Below are positions 9,150 through 19,750 of a DNA stretch of 64,000 nt, piece by piece (position 1 is the first letter of the stretch; the number at the start of each line of letters is the position of its first letter). Source of the DNA: an uncultured Phycisphaerales bacterium (GTDB lineage: Bacteria; Planctomycetota; Phycisphaerae; Sedimentisphaerales; Anaerobacaceae); NCBI GenBank assembly GCA_963772725.1, contig CAVYYI010000001.1, positions 992,001 through 1,056,000 of the forward strand. Reading direction: 5' to 3'. Under the pieces are notes generated by a model, which worked only from the letters and a program-made list of their open reading frames with translations, had not been told where the DNA came from and did not search any database. Position numbers and translations under genes: made by a program.

Positions 9150-11696
9150 TTACGCATATCCATATTTTTTGATAAACCACGTTTTCACAGTCTGAACCAG
9201 CAAAAGATACGTCAGCACTATCGCGCCAATTATATAAAAATAAAATGCCGGCGGCCTGACGAACGAAAATACCTCCGCCAGCGGCGAAAATGGTATTATA
9301 AAACCGATTAAAACTATAAGCAATGAACTGACGACCAAAAATCTGCTCGGCCTGCTTTCGATAAATGGAAGTTTGCCCGTACGAATAATATAAATAACCA
9401 GCGTCTGAGTCGTAAGGGATTCCAAAAACCATACCGTGTGAAACAAAGGCTGAGACGCATGAAACAGCAGTAAAACACCGAAGGTAACAAAATCGAATAT
9501 CGAGCTGATTGGCCCGATTACGACCATAAATCTCCTGATAGTATCGATGCTCCACGGCCTGGGCTTTTCAACATATACACTGTCAACATCGTCTGTCGCT
9601 ATCGCGGTCTGCGAAAGGTCATAAAGAAAATTATTCAGCAGTATCTGGATTGGCAGCATCGGAAGAAATGGTAAAAACAGGCTTGCTCCCGTCATGCTTA
9701 TCATATTACCCAGATTTGAGCTTGAACCCATCTTGATATATTTAACTATGTTGCCGAACGTCCTGCGTCCCTCTATTACGCCATCCTCAAGCACCATCAG
9801 ATTTTTCTTCAGGAGAATTATATCCGCTGACTCTCTTGCGATATCGACCGCGTTATCCACCGAGATGCCCACATCTGAGGCCTTGAGCGCTGGAGCGTCG
9901 TTTATGCCGTCTCCGAGGTATCCGACTATATGCCCATTGCCATGCAAAATATGAATAATCCTTTCCTTCTGCAAAGGCGAAAGCCTCGCGAATACGGTAG
10001 TTGTTTTCGTTAATTCGCTCAATTCGGTATCCGAGGCAGCCTCAACCTGCTCACCTGTAACAATGGCTTTTACATCAAGACCTACATCAGAGCATATCTT
10101 TTTGGTTACGAGTTCGTTGTCTCCCGTTAAGACCTTGAATTCGATACCAAGTTTTTCTACCGCGCTAATCGCTTCTTTCGCCGTCGGTTTCGGCGGGTCA
10201 AGAAAAGCTATGTAACCTTTCAGTATCAGGTCTTTTTCATCATCTCTCGAGTACACCGATTTAAACCCGGCATCCTTGTAAGCTACTCCAAGAACCCTAA
10301 AGCCCTGCGAGCTGAGATTGTCATATTCCTCCTTGAGGTCAGGCAGTATCAAATCGCTAAGTTCTATTATTTCACCGTTGATATCGCACCTTGTACACCG
10401 CTTATAAACCTCTTCCGGAGCACCTTTGGATATGATTATATGTTTGCCTTCCATTTCGACAACCACGGACATTATTTTTCTGCTAAAATCAAACGGTATC
10501 TCATCCACTTTTTTATAATTTTCCGTTGCCAGCGTTTCATGCTCAAGTATGGCCCTATCGAGAAGATTTTTCAGCCCCGTTTGATAAGCGCTGTTGATAT
10601 ATCCAAACCGCAGAACGTCCTCGTCTTCATCCCCGATAACATTGCAGTACTTTTCAACAACAATTTTATCGAGTGTCAGCGTGCCGGTCTTATCGGTGCA
10701 AAGCACATCCATCGCACCGAAATTCTGTATGGAATTAAGCCGCTTTACGATGACCTTCTTCTTGGACATTTCGATGGCGCCTTTAGACAGGTTCATCGCG
10801 ACAAGCATAGGCAGCATCTCAGGGGTAAGCCCGACCGCGACTGCCAGCGAAAACATCAGCGCGTCAAGGGGTTTGCCCTTCAGAAAAGCATTTATCGCGA
10901 AAATAGTCACGACCATAATCACCATAAACCTAATCATCAGCCATGTAAATTTATGTATTCCACGGTCGAAACTTGTCTGCACCCTTATCGTTGCAAGCCG
11001 TCGCGATAGTTCGCCGAATTGTGTCGAAATGCCGGTCTTTATTACAAGCCCCAGTGCCGTTCCGCTGACCACGCTTGATCCCATAAAAGCGATATTGCGT
11101 ATATCAGCAATCGAAGTGCTTTTTGTCGATACAGGTTCGCTGAATTTTTCTATGGGAAAAGACTCTCCGGTAAGTGAGGCCTGGTTGATAAACAAATCTT
11201 TGCAGGAGATAATTCTCAAATCAGCCGGTATCATATCGCCGGCATATAAATCCACGACGTCACCCGGCACAATCTCGCGGATTTTAACCTCCCTCGTAAC
11301 ACCGTCACGATACACAGTCGCCGTGGCACGAACCATTTCGCTTAATCGCTGAGCTTCTTTTCCGGCGCGATGTTCCTGAATAAAAGACAGAAAGACGCTT
11401 ATGATGGCCATTGCGATAACAAACATAGCGTCTATCTTTTCACCAAAGAATATAGAAAAACCGCCGATGATTAGAAGAACCGCAACAAGCGGATTGGCAA
11501 ACTTGGAAATGATTTGGACGAATATCGTTCTCTTTTTTCTTTTGGCGGGTTCGTTATATCCGTATTCTTCAAGACGCTCCTGCGCCTCCTCTCCCGTTAG
11601 CCCTTTTGGGGTAGTCCTGAACCATGATAAAAGCAGTTCCAGAGACGAACCCGCATAATCGAAATCCATTATCTTTACTTTTTGGTTGTCAGCCAT
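9150..11696 (-). CDS. mgtA: Magnesium-translocating P-type ATPase
   Basis: VGLTPEMLPM, DKTGTLT, TGES, GDGINDAPAL, SSNLGNMIS motifs (P3B type). Confidence 0.95.
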   Translation of the reverse strand: MADNQKVKIMDFDYAGSSLELLLSWFRTTPKGLTGEEAQERLEEYGYNEPAKRKKRTIFVQIISKFANPLVAVLLIIGGFSIFFGEKIDAMFVIAMAIISVFLSFIQEHRAGKEAQRLSEMVRATATVYRDGVTREVKIREIVPGDVVDLYAGDMIPADLRIISCKDLFINQASLTGESFPIEKFSEPVSTKSTSIADIRNIAFMGSSVVSGTALGLVIKTGISTQFGELSRRLATIRVQTSFDRGIHKFTWLMIRFMVIMVVTIFAINAFLKGKPLDALMFSLAVAVGLTPEMLPMLVAMNLSKGAIEMSKKKVIVKRLNSIQNFGAMDVLCTDKTGTLTLDKIVVEKYCNVIGDEDEDVLRFGYINSAYQTGLKNLLDRAILEHETLATENYKKVDEIPFDFSRKIMSVVVEMEGKHIIISKGAPEEVYKRCTRCDINGEIIELSDLILPDLKEEYDNLSSQGFRVLGVAYKDAGFKSVYSRDDEKDLILKGYIAFLDPPKPTAKEAISAVEKLGIEFKVLTGDNELVTKKICSDVGLDVKAIVTGEQVEAASDTELSELTKTTTVFARLSPLQKERIIHILHGNGHIVGYLGDGINDAPALKASDVGISVDNAVDIARESADIILLKKNLMVLEDGVIEGRRTFGNIVKYIKMGSSSNLGNMISMTGASLFLPFLPMLPIQILLNNFLYDLSQTAIATDDVDSVYVEKPRPWSIDTIRRFMVVIGPISSIFDFVTFGVLLLFHASQPLFHTVWFLESLTTQTLVIYIIRTGKLPFIESRPSRFLVVSSLLIVLIGFIIPFSPLAEVFSFVRPPAFYFYIIGAIVLTYLLLVQTVKTWFIKKYGYA

Positions 11697-11994
11697 TTAT
11701 AGACCCTTAACGCCGCTCTTAGCCTTTTTGAAAATACTCAGGACAATAAATATTAAACATTTGTCTTTTGACGGCAGTGATATACCGCCTTAAAACAAGA
11801 CTGCGGAACCGATAACACAGCACTTTACCACAGAAACCCGCACTTGCAAGTACTTATAATTGATTTTAAATAGAAATGACGATTTTCTTCTAAATTGACT
11901 CTTTCCCTGAATCCGGTTCACAGATAAAATATTTGAATATTGCAAAAAAGCGATTGTTCATAAAGGTATCTCTTGACATCGAAAGAACAAATTA

Positions 11995-13626
11995 TTACCA
12001 CCATCCCTGAATTTGCGTGATATAGCATTTTTCATAGGGAAAAACAGGTTTATCTGTTACCGGCGGCAAGAACGAACATTGCTTACCATGTAATTTAAGG
12101 AAGTATGCCACCCGCTGGTTCCAGTTCACTATATATGGCATCACATACCATTTGTATGGACTATTTGGTGCAGGCGGCAATGCTGAGGGCGGCGCATTCT
12201 TCTGTGGAAAATCCAACCTTCCTACTATCCAAACGCTGTGGCCTGATTGCAGCGTCCTTGCCACATCGGCCAAGACAGGCTGGATAGGGTCAGCAGACAT
12301 CATTTGGACCTTTAGCACATCATAAAGATCCGGAAATGCCGCGTCATATCGTCCGAGAGGCGGGAGTGTGGTAAAACGTGCCAGACCGTGGTAGTATTTA
12401 TGAAAACTCATCGCTATGTAATAGGGGGTGACAATAATCAGGTCGTTTTTTTGGGCAGAACTTTCAAGCACAGCAGCAACTTTGTCCATGTTGGTTAGTT
12501 TCTCGTGTGCGCTCTGCCATGCGGCACCGAATGCCGTTATGACAGCCAACATCGTTACAGCGATACGCACAATACTTAGCTTGTTTAAATTTCCCAATAC
12601 CCCGTCCAGCGACAAAGCAGCTATTGCTATCAGGGGCAGATAATACCAGGGCGAGATATTCACTGTCAGGTATTTGAGGAAAAGCACGAGCATTATTGTG
12701 CAGACAACGCCCACAGTCCCGCAGAACAATATCCTGTCTGCCTGCGGATTCTGATGTTTCTTCTTTAGTTGCGGTCCCTGAGAATATAAAAGAACCCCGA
12801 TGGCCAGCAGAAAGCTTCCACCCCATATCCACACAGCAAGCGGCGCTTTGTCGCCAATAGCCAAGGTAAATTTTTGAAAAACGTACGAAAAATCGCTCAA
12901 CAACCGTTTTAGAATTATCATCCAATCCCTCGCACCTCTTACTATCGGCACGTATGGCGCCATGCTTGCCGCTGCAACCGCTCCTATCGCAATCAGTATG
13001 ATGACTCTTCTCCACAGGCGATTGCGAACGCTTACTACGACCCCGGCAAAAATAATGGCCGATAGAAAAACAACATTCTGATATATGCATTGAACGCTCA
13101 TAACCGCGGTTGCCGTCGCTGCAATGATATGATATAGTCGACCTTGCTCCACCACTTTCCACAATAGTCCTATCGTAAGCAGTATAAGCAATATTCCAAG
13201 CCCGTAAGGTCGAATCGAGTCTCCTATTTGAATTGATAATGGATTGAACACAAAAAGTGCCAATGACAGCAGCGGCACCCGATAACCCAACAGGCGACCA
13301 TTCAGCCACAGCACACCAAGTGTCGTGATGCCGACCAGAAAACCGAACAGCCTCAGCGAATGAAGGTTATCTGTGGCCACCCATGTCCATAACCGCAGAG
13401 TAATAGAAAGCATTTCCGGCATTGAGTCGTGCTTGATATGATGCCAGATATCGGCGACGCTTACTATCTCATCCCGCCAGAGCGCACCGGCATTTCGCAT
13501 AAATATCAGATGGAGCAAAACAGCTATTAAAGTGAGAATTATTCCGCTGAACAATTCAACTCGTTTAATCAGAGTCTCAGGAAATAAAGATGCTTGAGTG
13601 AGACAGCTTAATTTTATTGTTCTCAT
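11995..13626 (-). CDS. Polytopic membrane protein, GT-C/ArnT-PMT-like glycosyltransferase
   Basis: LWRDE motif in the first loop, RPY motif, about 11 TM segments. Confidence 0.6.
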   Translation of the reverse strand: MRTIKLSCLTQASLFPETLIKRVELFSGIILTLIAVLLHLIFMRNAGALWRDEIVSVADIWHHIKHDSMPEMLSITLRLWTWVATDNLHSLRLFGFLVGITTLGVLWLNGRLLGYRVPLLSLALFVFNPLSIQIGDSIRPYGLGILLILLTIGLLWKVVEQGRLYHIIAATATAVMSVQCIYQNVVFLSAIIFAGVVVSVRNRLWRRVIILIAIGAVAAASMAPYVPIVRGARDWMIILKRLLSDFSYVFQKFTLAIGDKAPLAVWIWGGSFLLAIGVLLYSQGPQLKKKHQNPQADRILFCGTVGVVCTIMLVLFLKYLTVNISPWYYLPLIAIAALSLDGVLGNLNKLSIVRIAVTMLAVITAFGAAWQSAHEKLTNMDKVAAVLESSAQKNDLIIVTPYYIAMSFHKYYHGLARFTTLPPLGRYDAAFPDLYDVLKVQMMSADPIQPVLADVARTLQSGHSVWIVGRLDFPQKNAPPSALPPAPNSPYKWYVMPYIVNWNQRVAYFLKLHGKQCSFLPPVTDKPVFPYEKCYITQIQGWW

Positions 13627-13643
13627 GCCGCGCTCTTTTAATT

Positions 13644-14444
13644 CTAATGAATTTCAATCGCTTTTTCCAATTCAGCGATAAAGGACGCGATTTTACTTAG
13701 CATAAGTTTTTTATCGCCGAGATTTTCCTCAATGAGGTTTACGATTCGTGAGCCGATTATCACACCGTCTGCCCCTGTTTTGGCAACCATTGCGGCGTGT
13801 TCAGGCGTACTTATGCCGAAACCGACGCATACTGGAACATCTGTGATTTTCTTCAATTTTTTCACAAGACCTTCAACCGCATCGGAAAGCGTATTTCTGC
13901 TGCCTGTAACACCAAGAAGCGATACGGTATAAATAAAGCCGCTTGTTTTCGATGCTATCAGTTTCATTCTTTCTTCCGCGGTATTCGGCGTTACCATAAA
14001 AACCGTATCGAGACCGGCAGACCTCGCCGGCACAAGAATTTCGTCCGCATCGTCAATACTCATATCGGCGACCAGAACACTGTTGACCCCGGCTTTATGA
14101 AAATCGCGGAAAAATTTTTCCGTGCCGTATTGATAAATAAGGTTGTAGTACATTAATAAGCCGATTGGAATATCCTTATATTCCTTGACTCTTGCGATAA
14201 ACTCCAGCGCCTTTTTTACATTCATTCCGTTATTCAGCGAACGAATATCAGCCTTCTGGATTGTCGGCCCATCGGCTATCGGGTCAGAAAAAGGTATGCC
14301 CAGTTCGAGAATATCCGCACCGGCATCTATGGCTGTTTTTACTATTGAAAGACTCGTGTCCAAATCAGGGTCGCCTATTACAAAAAACGGTATTAACGCG
14401 GCCCTATTGAGTTCAGAAAAAACCTGCTTATATGTTTTCATCAA
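13644..14444 (-). CDS. trpA: Tryptophan synthase alpha chain
   Basis: ELGIPFSDPIADGPTIQ, GVTG, VGFGIS motifs. Confidence 0.97.
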   Translation of the reverse strand: MMKTYKQVFSELNRAALIPFFVIGDPDLDTSLSIVKTAIDAGADILELGIPFSDPIADGPTIQKADIRSLNNGMNVKKALEFIARVKEYKDIPIGLLMYYNLIYQYGTEKFFRDFHKAGVNSVLVADMSIDDADEILVPARSAGLDTVFMVTPNTAEERMKLIASKTSGFIYTVSLLGVTGSRNTLSDAVEGLVKKLKKITDVPVCVGFGISTPEHAAMVAKTGADGVIIGSRIVNLIEENLGDKKLMLSKIASFIAELEKAIEIH

Positions 14445-14452
14445 TCAAATCC

Positions 14453-15628
14453 TTATTTCAATGGTCTGTGCTTTTCTACAATCGAGACATCCTTATCGCC
14501 TCGGCCTGAAAGATTGGCCACAACAACCGTTTCCGGCGGCAATTTGCCTTTTTGTTTTACGAGATACGCAAGAGCGTGCGAACTTTCCAGTGCAGGCACA
14601 ATACCTTCACACCTGCAAAGCAACTCAAAGACATCCAGAACCTCTTTATCTTCGACAGCGACATATTCCGCCCTGCCGGTATCTTTCAGAAAACAATGTT
14701 CAGGGCCAACACCAGGATAATCGAGCCCGGCGCTGACTGATTCGGTTTCAGCAATTTGCCCCTCTTTATCCTGCAGTAAATATGACTTGGCTCCATGCAG
14801 AACACCAACCCTTCCCGCTACCAATGTCGCGGCGTGTTTACCCTGGGCTAAACTTCGTCCTCCGGCCTCGACTCCGATAAGCCTGACATTTTTATCATCT
14901 ACAAAACCGGAGAAAATGCCTATCGCGTTGCTGCCGCCGCCGACGCAGGCGGTTACAATATCCGGCAGTCTTCCGATCTGCTCAAGACACTGCTGGCGCG
15001 CTTCTTTGCCAATGCAGCATTGAAAATGTTTTACTATCGTCGGATAAGGGTGCGGCCCGCCGGCCGTGCCGAAAAGATAAAACGTGTCATTGACGTGAGC
15101 AGTCCAGTATCGAAGCGCATCGTTAATCGCGTCTTTGAGCGTTCCCGTGCCGCCTTCAACGCCGATTACCTCAGCGCCGCAAAGCTTCATCTTGTGAACA
15201 TTGACGCTTTGCCGCTCAACGTCGGTGATGCCCATAAAGATTTTTGTTTCCATTCCGAACAGTGCGCCAATCATCGCGGTAGCAAGACCGTGCTGGCCTG
15301 CGCCGGTTTCGGCGATGAGCCTTGTTTTGCCCATATATTTTGCGAGCAGACCCTGGCCGAGCGTATTATTGACCTTGTGCGCCCCGCCGTGTAAAAGGTC
15401 TTCACGCTTGAGATACACCTTAAAGCCCACATATTCGCTGAACCTTTTAGCGTAATAAAGAGGCGTGGGTCTGCCGGCGTAATCCTTCAAAAGCTGTCCG
15501 AGTTCCGCCGCAAACTTTTTGTCCTGATAAAAGCGATAGAACGCCCCTTCAAGTTCCTCCAGCGCCGGTATCAAAACTTCCGGCACGTAAAAGCCGCCAT
15601 AATCCCCAAATCTGCCTTTATATTTCAT
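14453..15628 (-). CDS. trpB: Tryptophan synthase beta chain
   Basis: [36 protein letters not shown] motifs. Confidence 0.97.
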   Translation of the reverse strand: MKYKGRFGDYGGFYVPEVLIPALEELEGAFYRFYQDKKFAAELGQLLKDYAGRPTPLYYAKRFSEYVGFKVYLKREDLLHGGAHKVNNTLGQGLLAKYMGKTRLIAETGAGQHGLATAMIGALFGMETKIFMGITDVERQSVNVHKMKLCGAEVIGVEGGTGTLKDAINDALRYWTAHVNDTFYLFGTAGGPHPYPTIVKHFQCCIGKEARQQCLEQIGRLPDIVTACVGGGSNAIGIFSGFVDDKNVRLIGVEAGGRSLAQGKHAATLVAGRVGVLHGAKSYLLQDKEGQIAETESVSAGLDYPGVGPEHCFLKDTGRAEYVAVEDKEVLDVFELLCRCEGIVPALESSHALAYLVKQKGKLPPETVVVANLSGRGDKDVSIVEKHRPLK

Positions 15629-15638
15629 AATAACATCC

Positions 15639-16260
15639 TTACGCTCTGAATCGCTTTATATTGTCAAACAGTTTTTTCATTTTTTATGGTCTTTTTTGCC
15701 GGGCGAAGATTCTATCCCGCTGCATACGTCAATACCATAAACACCCAGCTCTGCCGCGGCACAACATTGTCAGGATTTATTCCGCCGGCTAGAAACACAC
15801 GTTTACTTATATTCCCGATGATATTCCAGTCGAATGAGATGCCAGTCCCGCCGTACTTTTCAGGATTAAAAGCATCGAGTAAAATGGCATCGGTAAAGAA
15901 TTTCTCCGCTGCCTGGACATCTTTGGAGTCTTTGACGCGTATCGCTTTCATCGTTTTGACATTCATCGAAAGAAACTGATGGCAGAATTCAGGCGTTTCA
16001 TCGCCGTGAAACTGCACCCAGTTTAACTGACACTGGCTTATTATGTCTTTTACCTGATTTGGCGGGGCGTTGACAAAAACACCGGCAACATCGACAAACC
16101 CGGGCAGTTTGTTTATAATTTCAGCTGCCTGCTCAGGTTTAATATATCGCGGACTTTTGGGATAAAAATTAAAACCGAGCAAATCCGCACCCATATCCAC
16201 CGCCGCAATAGCGTCTTCATAATTGGTAATACCGCAGATTTTAACTTTTATTATCAGCAT
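15639..16260 (-). CDS. trpF: Phosphoribosylanthranilate isomerase (apparent frameshift near 15760)
   Basis: [27 protein letters not shown]; the alternate frame continues [16 protein letters not shown] to TAA 15639. Confidence 0.9.
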
Positions 16261-16278
16261 TGCCTTAGTTTATTCCTT

Positions 16279-17296
16279 TCAGGAGTTCGAAATTTGTACC
16301 GCTTTTTTCAGACACGCCATCGCCCTGCCGCTATTCAATGAATCCTGTGCAATCTCAATTGCCGATTCGAAATCGTCCGCCAGTCCGCCGACAATTATCG
16401 CGGCAGCGGCATTCAATACGACAATATCTCTCCGAGGGCCTTTTTCCTCGCCGCAAACTATCGCCTTTACAATTGCCGCGTTGGTCTTCGCATCGCCGCC
16501 CTTTAGACTTTCAAACTCGGCCAGAGGTATCCCGTAATCAGTCGGATTAAGTTCTCCGGCGGTAATACGTCCATCTTTTAAGTTCGAGTATTTTTGTCGG
16601 CGACATTGTACTTATTTCATCAAGTCCGCAACTGTGAACTACCATCGCCCGGCAGCTGCCCAGAACCTTGAGCGTCTCAGCAATTCTTCCAACCAGTGAT
16701 TCTTCATATACTCCCATCACCTGGCAGGTCGCTCCGGCAGGATTGGCCAGCGGCCCAAGAATATTAAAGGCTGTCCTGAAATCCAGGTTTTGCCGTATCG
16801 GCTGAACGTGTTTCATCGCGGGATGAAACATCGGCGCAAACATAAATCCGATATGCGCTTCACGAATGCACTTTGCTATCTTTTCCGGCCAGGGGTCGAT
16901 ATTAACTCCGAGTTCCGCAAGGACATCCGCCGAACCGCACTTGCTCGTAATGCCGCGATTGCCGTGTTTGGCGACATATACACCCGCCCCCGCCGCTGAC
17001 AGTGCCGCGGCTGTGGAGATATTGAAAGTTTTAACTCTTGCGCCGCCCGTGCCGCAGGTATCGACAAGATTCTCAACACCGGCATCGACTCTCAAAGCAT
17101 GTTCGCGAAGAGATGTCGCAAGACCGGCAAGCTCGCTCACAGAAGCTCTCTTAACCCGCATCGCGGCAAGAAACGCCGCAATCTGAACCTCAGACACTTG
17201 CCCCTCGAAAATAGTATCCAGCAGGGCTTTGGCCTGCTCAAAACTCAGGTCGCTGCCTTCAAGAATTATATCAAGATATTCAGTTATCTTAGTCAC
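16279..17296 (-). CDS. trpD: Anthranilate phosphoribosyltransferase (apparent frameshift in A-run near 16577)
   Basis: DTCGTGG, FNISTA, KHGNR, FNILGPLANP; the C-terminus (LKGGDA...VVLNAAAA) continues in another frame to TGA 16279. Confidence 0.92.
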
Positions 17297-17888
17297 GTTT
17301 GGTTCCTGCGATAGACAATATATTTTCGATTATCTTTCCGCCAGCGGGTGTCAGGATACTTTCCGGATGAAACTGAACGCCGAAAATCGGAAGCTTTTTA
17401 TGCTGAACGCCCATAACAACACCTTCAAAATCCGCGGTCTTTTCAAGACAATCCGGCAGCGTTAAGGCACACAGACTATGATAACGTCCAGCCTGAAGCG
17501 GATTTTCAACGCCGGCGAAAATCCCTTTCTCATTATGGTTAACCCGCGAGGGTTTGCCATGCATCGGTTCAGGCGCATGCCCAATTTTTCCGCCAAAATA
17601 CTGCACAATTGATTGATGCCCCAGGCACACACCGAAAATCGGCAGCTTATCCTTGAAATAATCAATAGCCAAAAGCGTTACCCCTGCTGTATCAGGTGTG
17701 CCCGGCCCTGGTGAAATAATCAGAAGATCAGGCTTGAATTCCTCCGCAATTACCTTAAGTTCCGCAAGAGCCGTATCGGCGCGGTAAACCCTGGCGATAC
17801 AATTTCGTTTGCAGAAATCATCAACAAGGTTATACGTGAACGAGTCGAAATTATCTATAAATAAAACTTTTTTTCCTGTATATGACAT
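17289..17888 (-). CDS. trpG: Anthranilate synthase component II
   Basis: IDNFDSFTYNL, SPGPG, GVCLGHQ, QFHPES motifs. Confidence 0.95.
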   Translation of the reverse strand: MSYTGKKVLFIDNFDSFTYNLVDDFCKRNCIARVYRADTALAELKVIAEEFKPDLLIISPGPGTPDTAGVTLLAIDYFKDKLPIFGVCLGHQSIVQYFGGKIGHAPEPMHGKPSRVNHNEKGIFAGVENPLQAGRYHSLCALTLPDCLEKTADFEGVVMGVQHKKLPIFGVQFHPESILTPAGGKIIENILSIAGTKRD

Positions 17889-17902
17889 AAGATTTTACCT
17901 CG

Positions 17903-19498
17903 TTATTTTCCACGAATAGCCCGCAGGCAGCTTCTGGCCTTATGCTCTGTTTCTTCAAATTCGGTTTTTGGAACGCTGTCATGCACGATACCGCCGCCTG
18001 CGCGAATGTACGCGGTATGGTCTTTTATTTGCAGACTTCTTATCGTGATGCAGCTGTCGAACTGGCCGTCAACGGTAAGATACATCACTGCCCCGCCGTA
18101 ATAGCCGCGTTTTGTTTTTTCGAGCCTGCGTATAATTTTCATCGCCTCAATCTTGGGCGCGCCTGTAAGAGTACCCATATTCATCGTCGCAAGATATGCG
18201 TTCAGAGCGTCAAAATCCGAACGCAGCGTACCTTTTACATTGCTTACCAAGTGCTGTACCGATTCATATTTTTCAGCGGTCAGCAATTCCGTAACAATTC
18301 TGCTGCCCGGCTCAGCAACACGGGCGATATCATTTCTCGCAAAGTCAACGAGCATCATATGCTCGGCCAGTTCTTTGCGGTCGAGTTTCAATTCCGCTTC
18401 ATACCTGAAATCGGTATCAGGGTCGATTTTATCGCCAATCCTTCCCCTTGGTTTTGTTCCCGCTATCGGCCTAATTTCAACGTTGCGAGGTTTATTGCCG
18501 CTGACCCGCAGATTCAATTCCGGACTCGAACCCATCAATATCGTATTTGGCGTGTTAAGATAAAACATATAGGGCGAAGGATTCAATGTGCGCAGCCTTT
18601 TATAAACATCAAGCGGCTCATCGGGACAAGGCTCGGTTATTGTCCTGCTCAAAACAACCTGAAAAATATCCCCATCCCTGATATGCCGCTTTGCGGTCTT
18701 AACCATTTTTTCATATTCCGGCTGCGTCGTATCTGTCGAGCCGCCAGGAAGTGTGCCTGTATATTTCCTACCAGTCGGAGTATCGAACCGGGCGATATTG
18801 GAATAGTAATCGAAATACTCCTGCGCCTCTGCCATAACAGCATCCCTGTCGCCATCGGTTATCATCACGTTAACAACTATATAACCCTTGTTATGCTGAT
18901 GGTCCATTAAAAAGATATTGTCGGCGAAATAAAGCTCATAATCGGGATTGCCCAGCAAATCGCTGTTGCTCGGCGGCAGTTTCTCGAACTGGTCGATAAA
19001 ATCATAACTCAACGCCCCGAGCAGCCCGCAGGTTATGCGGAAAGGTTTACTCGCCAGACTGAATGCCGTCGAAACTGCCCGCAGCACATCCATCTGGTTG
19101 GTCGTCGTAAGACGCGTCTGTTCATCTACGGTCGCCTCAATCCTCTTAATCTTTCCGACAATCTGCTCAGTTTGAAACTGTACCGATTCGCAAAACTTAA
19201 ATCTCGCCTTATCCGCGGAAAGATATTTAATCATCCGCCTGCCCGGCTTACTCAATGCCTTGATTGTAAAATCCGCCCCTGTCCCTGTTAGATAAAGAGC
19301 GGGCTTTGCTGTTCCGAAGCTCAGCGCCCCGCTATCCGCCAGATATTCCTTTGATTCGAGCAGGCAGCAGTTCCTGGCACGCCCGTAATCGCTTATCTTG
19401 GCGAAAAAATCCATCGGGTCGTCCATATCGATTTGTTTAACGATAGGGACTATCTGTCCGGGGCTGGCATTGTGTATTATCTGCTTATAATCTTCCAT
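17903..19498 (-). CDS. trpE: Anthranilate synthase component I
   Basis: GDIFQVVLS, NPSPYM, PIAGT, AEHMMLVD, GTLTGAPK motifs; likely start MEDYKQ at 19498. Confidence 0.95.
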   Translation of the reverse strand: MEDYKQIIHNASPGQIVPIVKQIDMDDPMDFFAKISDYGRARNCCLLESKEYLADSGALSFGTAKPALYLTGTGADFTIKALSKPGRRMIKYLSADKARFKFCESVQFQTEQIVGKIKRIEATVDEQTRLTTTNQMDVLRAVSTAFSLASKPFRITCGLLGALSYDFIDQFEKLPPSNSDLLGNPDYELYFADNIFLMDHQHNKGYIVVNVMITDGDRDAVMAEAQEYFDYYSNIARFDTPTGRKYTGTLPGGSTDTTQPEYEKMVKTAKRHIRDGDIFQVVLSRTITEPCPDEPLDVYKRLRTLNPSPYMFYLNTPNTILMGSSPELNLRVSGNKPRNVEIRPIAGTKPRGRIGDKIDPDTDFRYEAELKLDRKELAEHMMLVDFARNDIARVAEPGSRIVTELLTAEKYESVQHLVSNVKGTLRSDFDALNAYLATMNMGTLTGAPKIEAMKIIRRLEKTKRGYYGGAVMYLTVDGQFDSCITIRSLQIKDHTAYIRAGGGIVHDSVPKTEFEETEHKARSCLRAIRGK

Positions 19499-19545
19499 TT
19501 TTAAGCCTTTCGTCGCTATTTTTATACGCAATCGGTAAAAAATAC

Positions 19546-19585
19546 AAACAAAAAAACGCGACCTGTTTTTCCAACAGGCCGCGTT
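19546..19585 (-). terminator. trp attenuator terminator
   Basis: AACGCGGCCTGTT-GGAAA-AACAGGTCGCGTT followed by a T-tract, between the leader peptide and trpE. Confidence 0.85.
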
Positions 19586-19616
19586 ATAATAAATCCACCA
19601 AATTTTTCTTAGCAAA

Positions 19617-19694
19617 TCACCGCTTGCCTGCCGGAATTATTTCCTCAGGCCGCCACCAGCAATTACCACTGCTCTTACGATTAATCTGCTTCAT
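19617..19694 (-). CDS. trpL: trp operon leader peptide (25 aa, tandem Trp)
   Basis: Manual translation MKQINRKSSGNCWWRPEEIIPAGKR*, upstream of the terminator and trpE. Confidence 0.85.
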   Translation of the reverse strand: MKQINRKSSGNCWWRPEEIIPAGKR

Positions 19695-19702
19695 AATACA
19701 TT

Positions 19703-19731
19703 ATTAAACCATACTCCCCGCTTTATGTCAA
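19703..19731 (-). promoter_or_regulatory. trp operon promoter
   Basis: TTGACA-17bp-TTTAAT with a TG extension, about 9 nt before the leader ATG. Confidence 0.65.
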
Positions 19732-19750
19732 GAAAAATAAACAAAAGAAA

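Noticed and set aside
11697..11994. M-box riboswitch or Pro-rich leader upstream of mgtA
   Set aside because: No recognisable aptamer, terminator or Pro-rich leader ORF.
16279..17296. Programmed frameshifting or true pseudogenes in trpD, trpF and hldD
   Set aside because: The pattern fits sequencing indels better, and the rest of the pathway and its attenuator are intact.
17942..18910. 322-aa plus-strand ORF and similar antisense ORFs over mgtA, trp, gsp and AKR genes
   Set aside because: They lie fully opposite well-supported genes.
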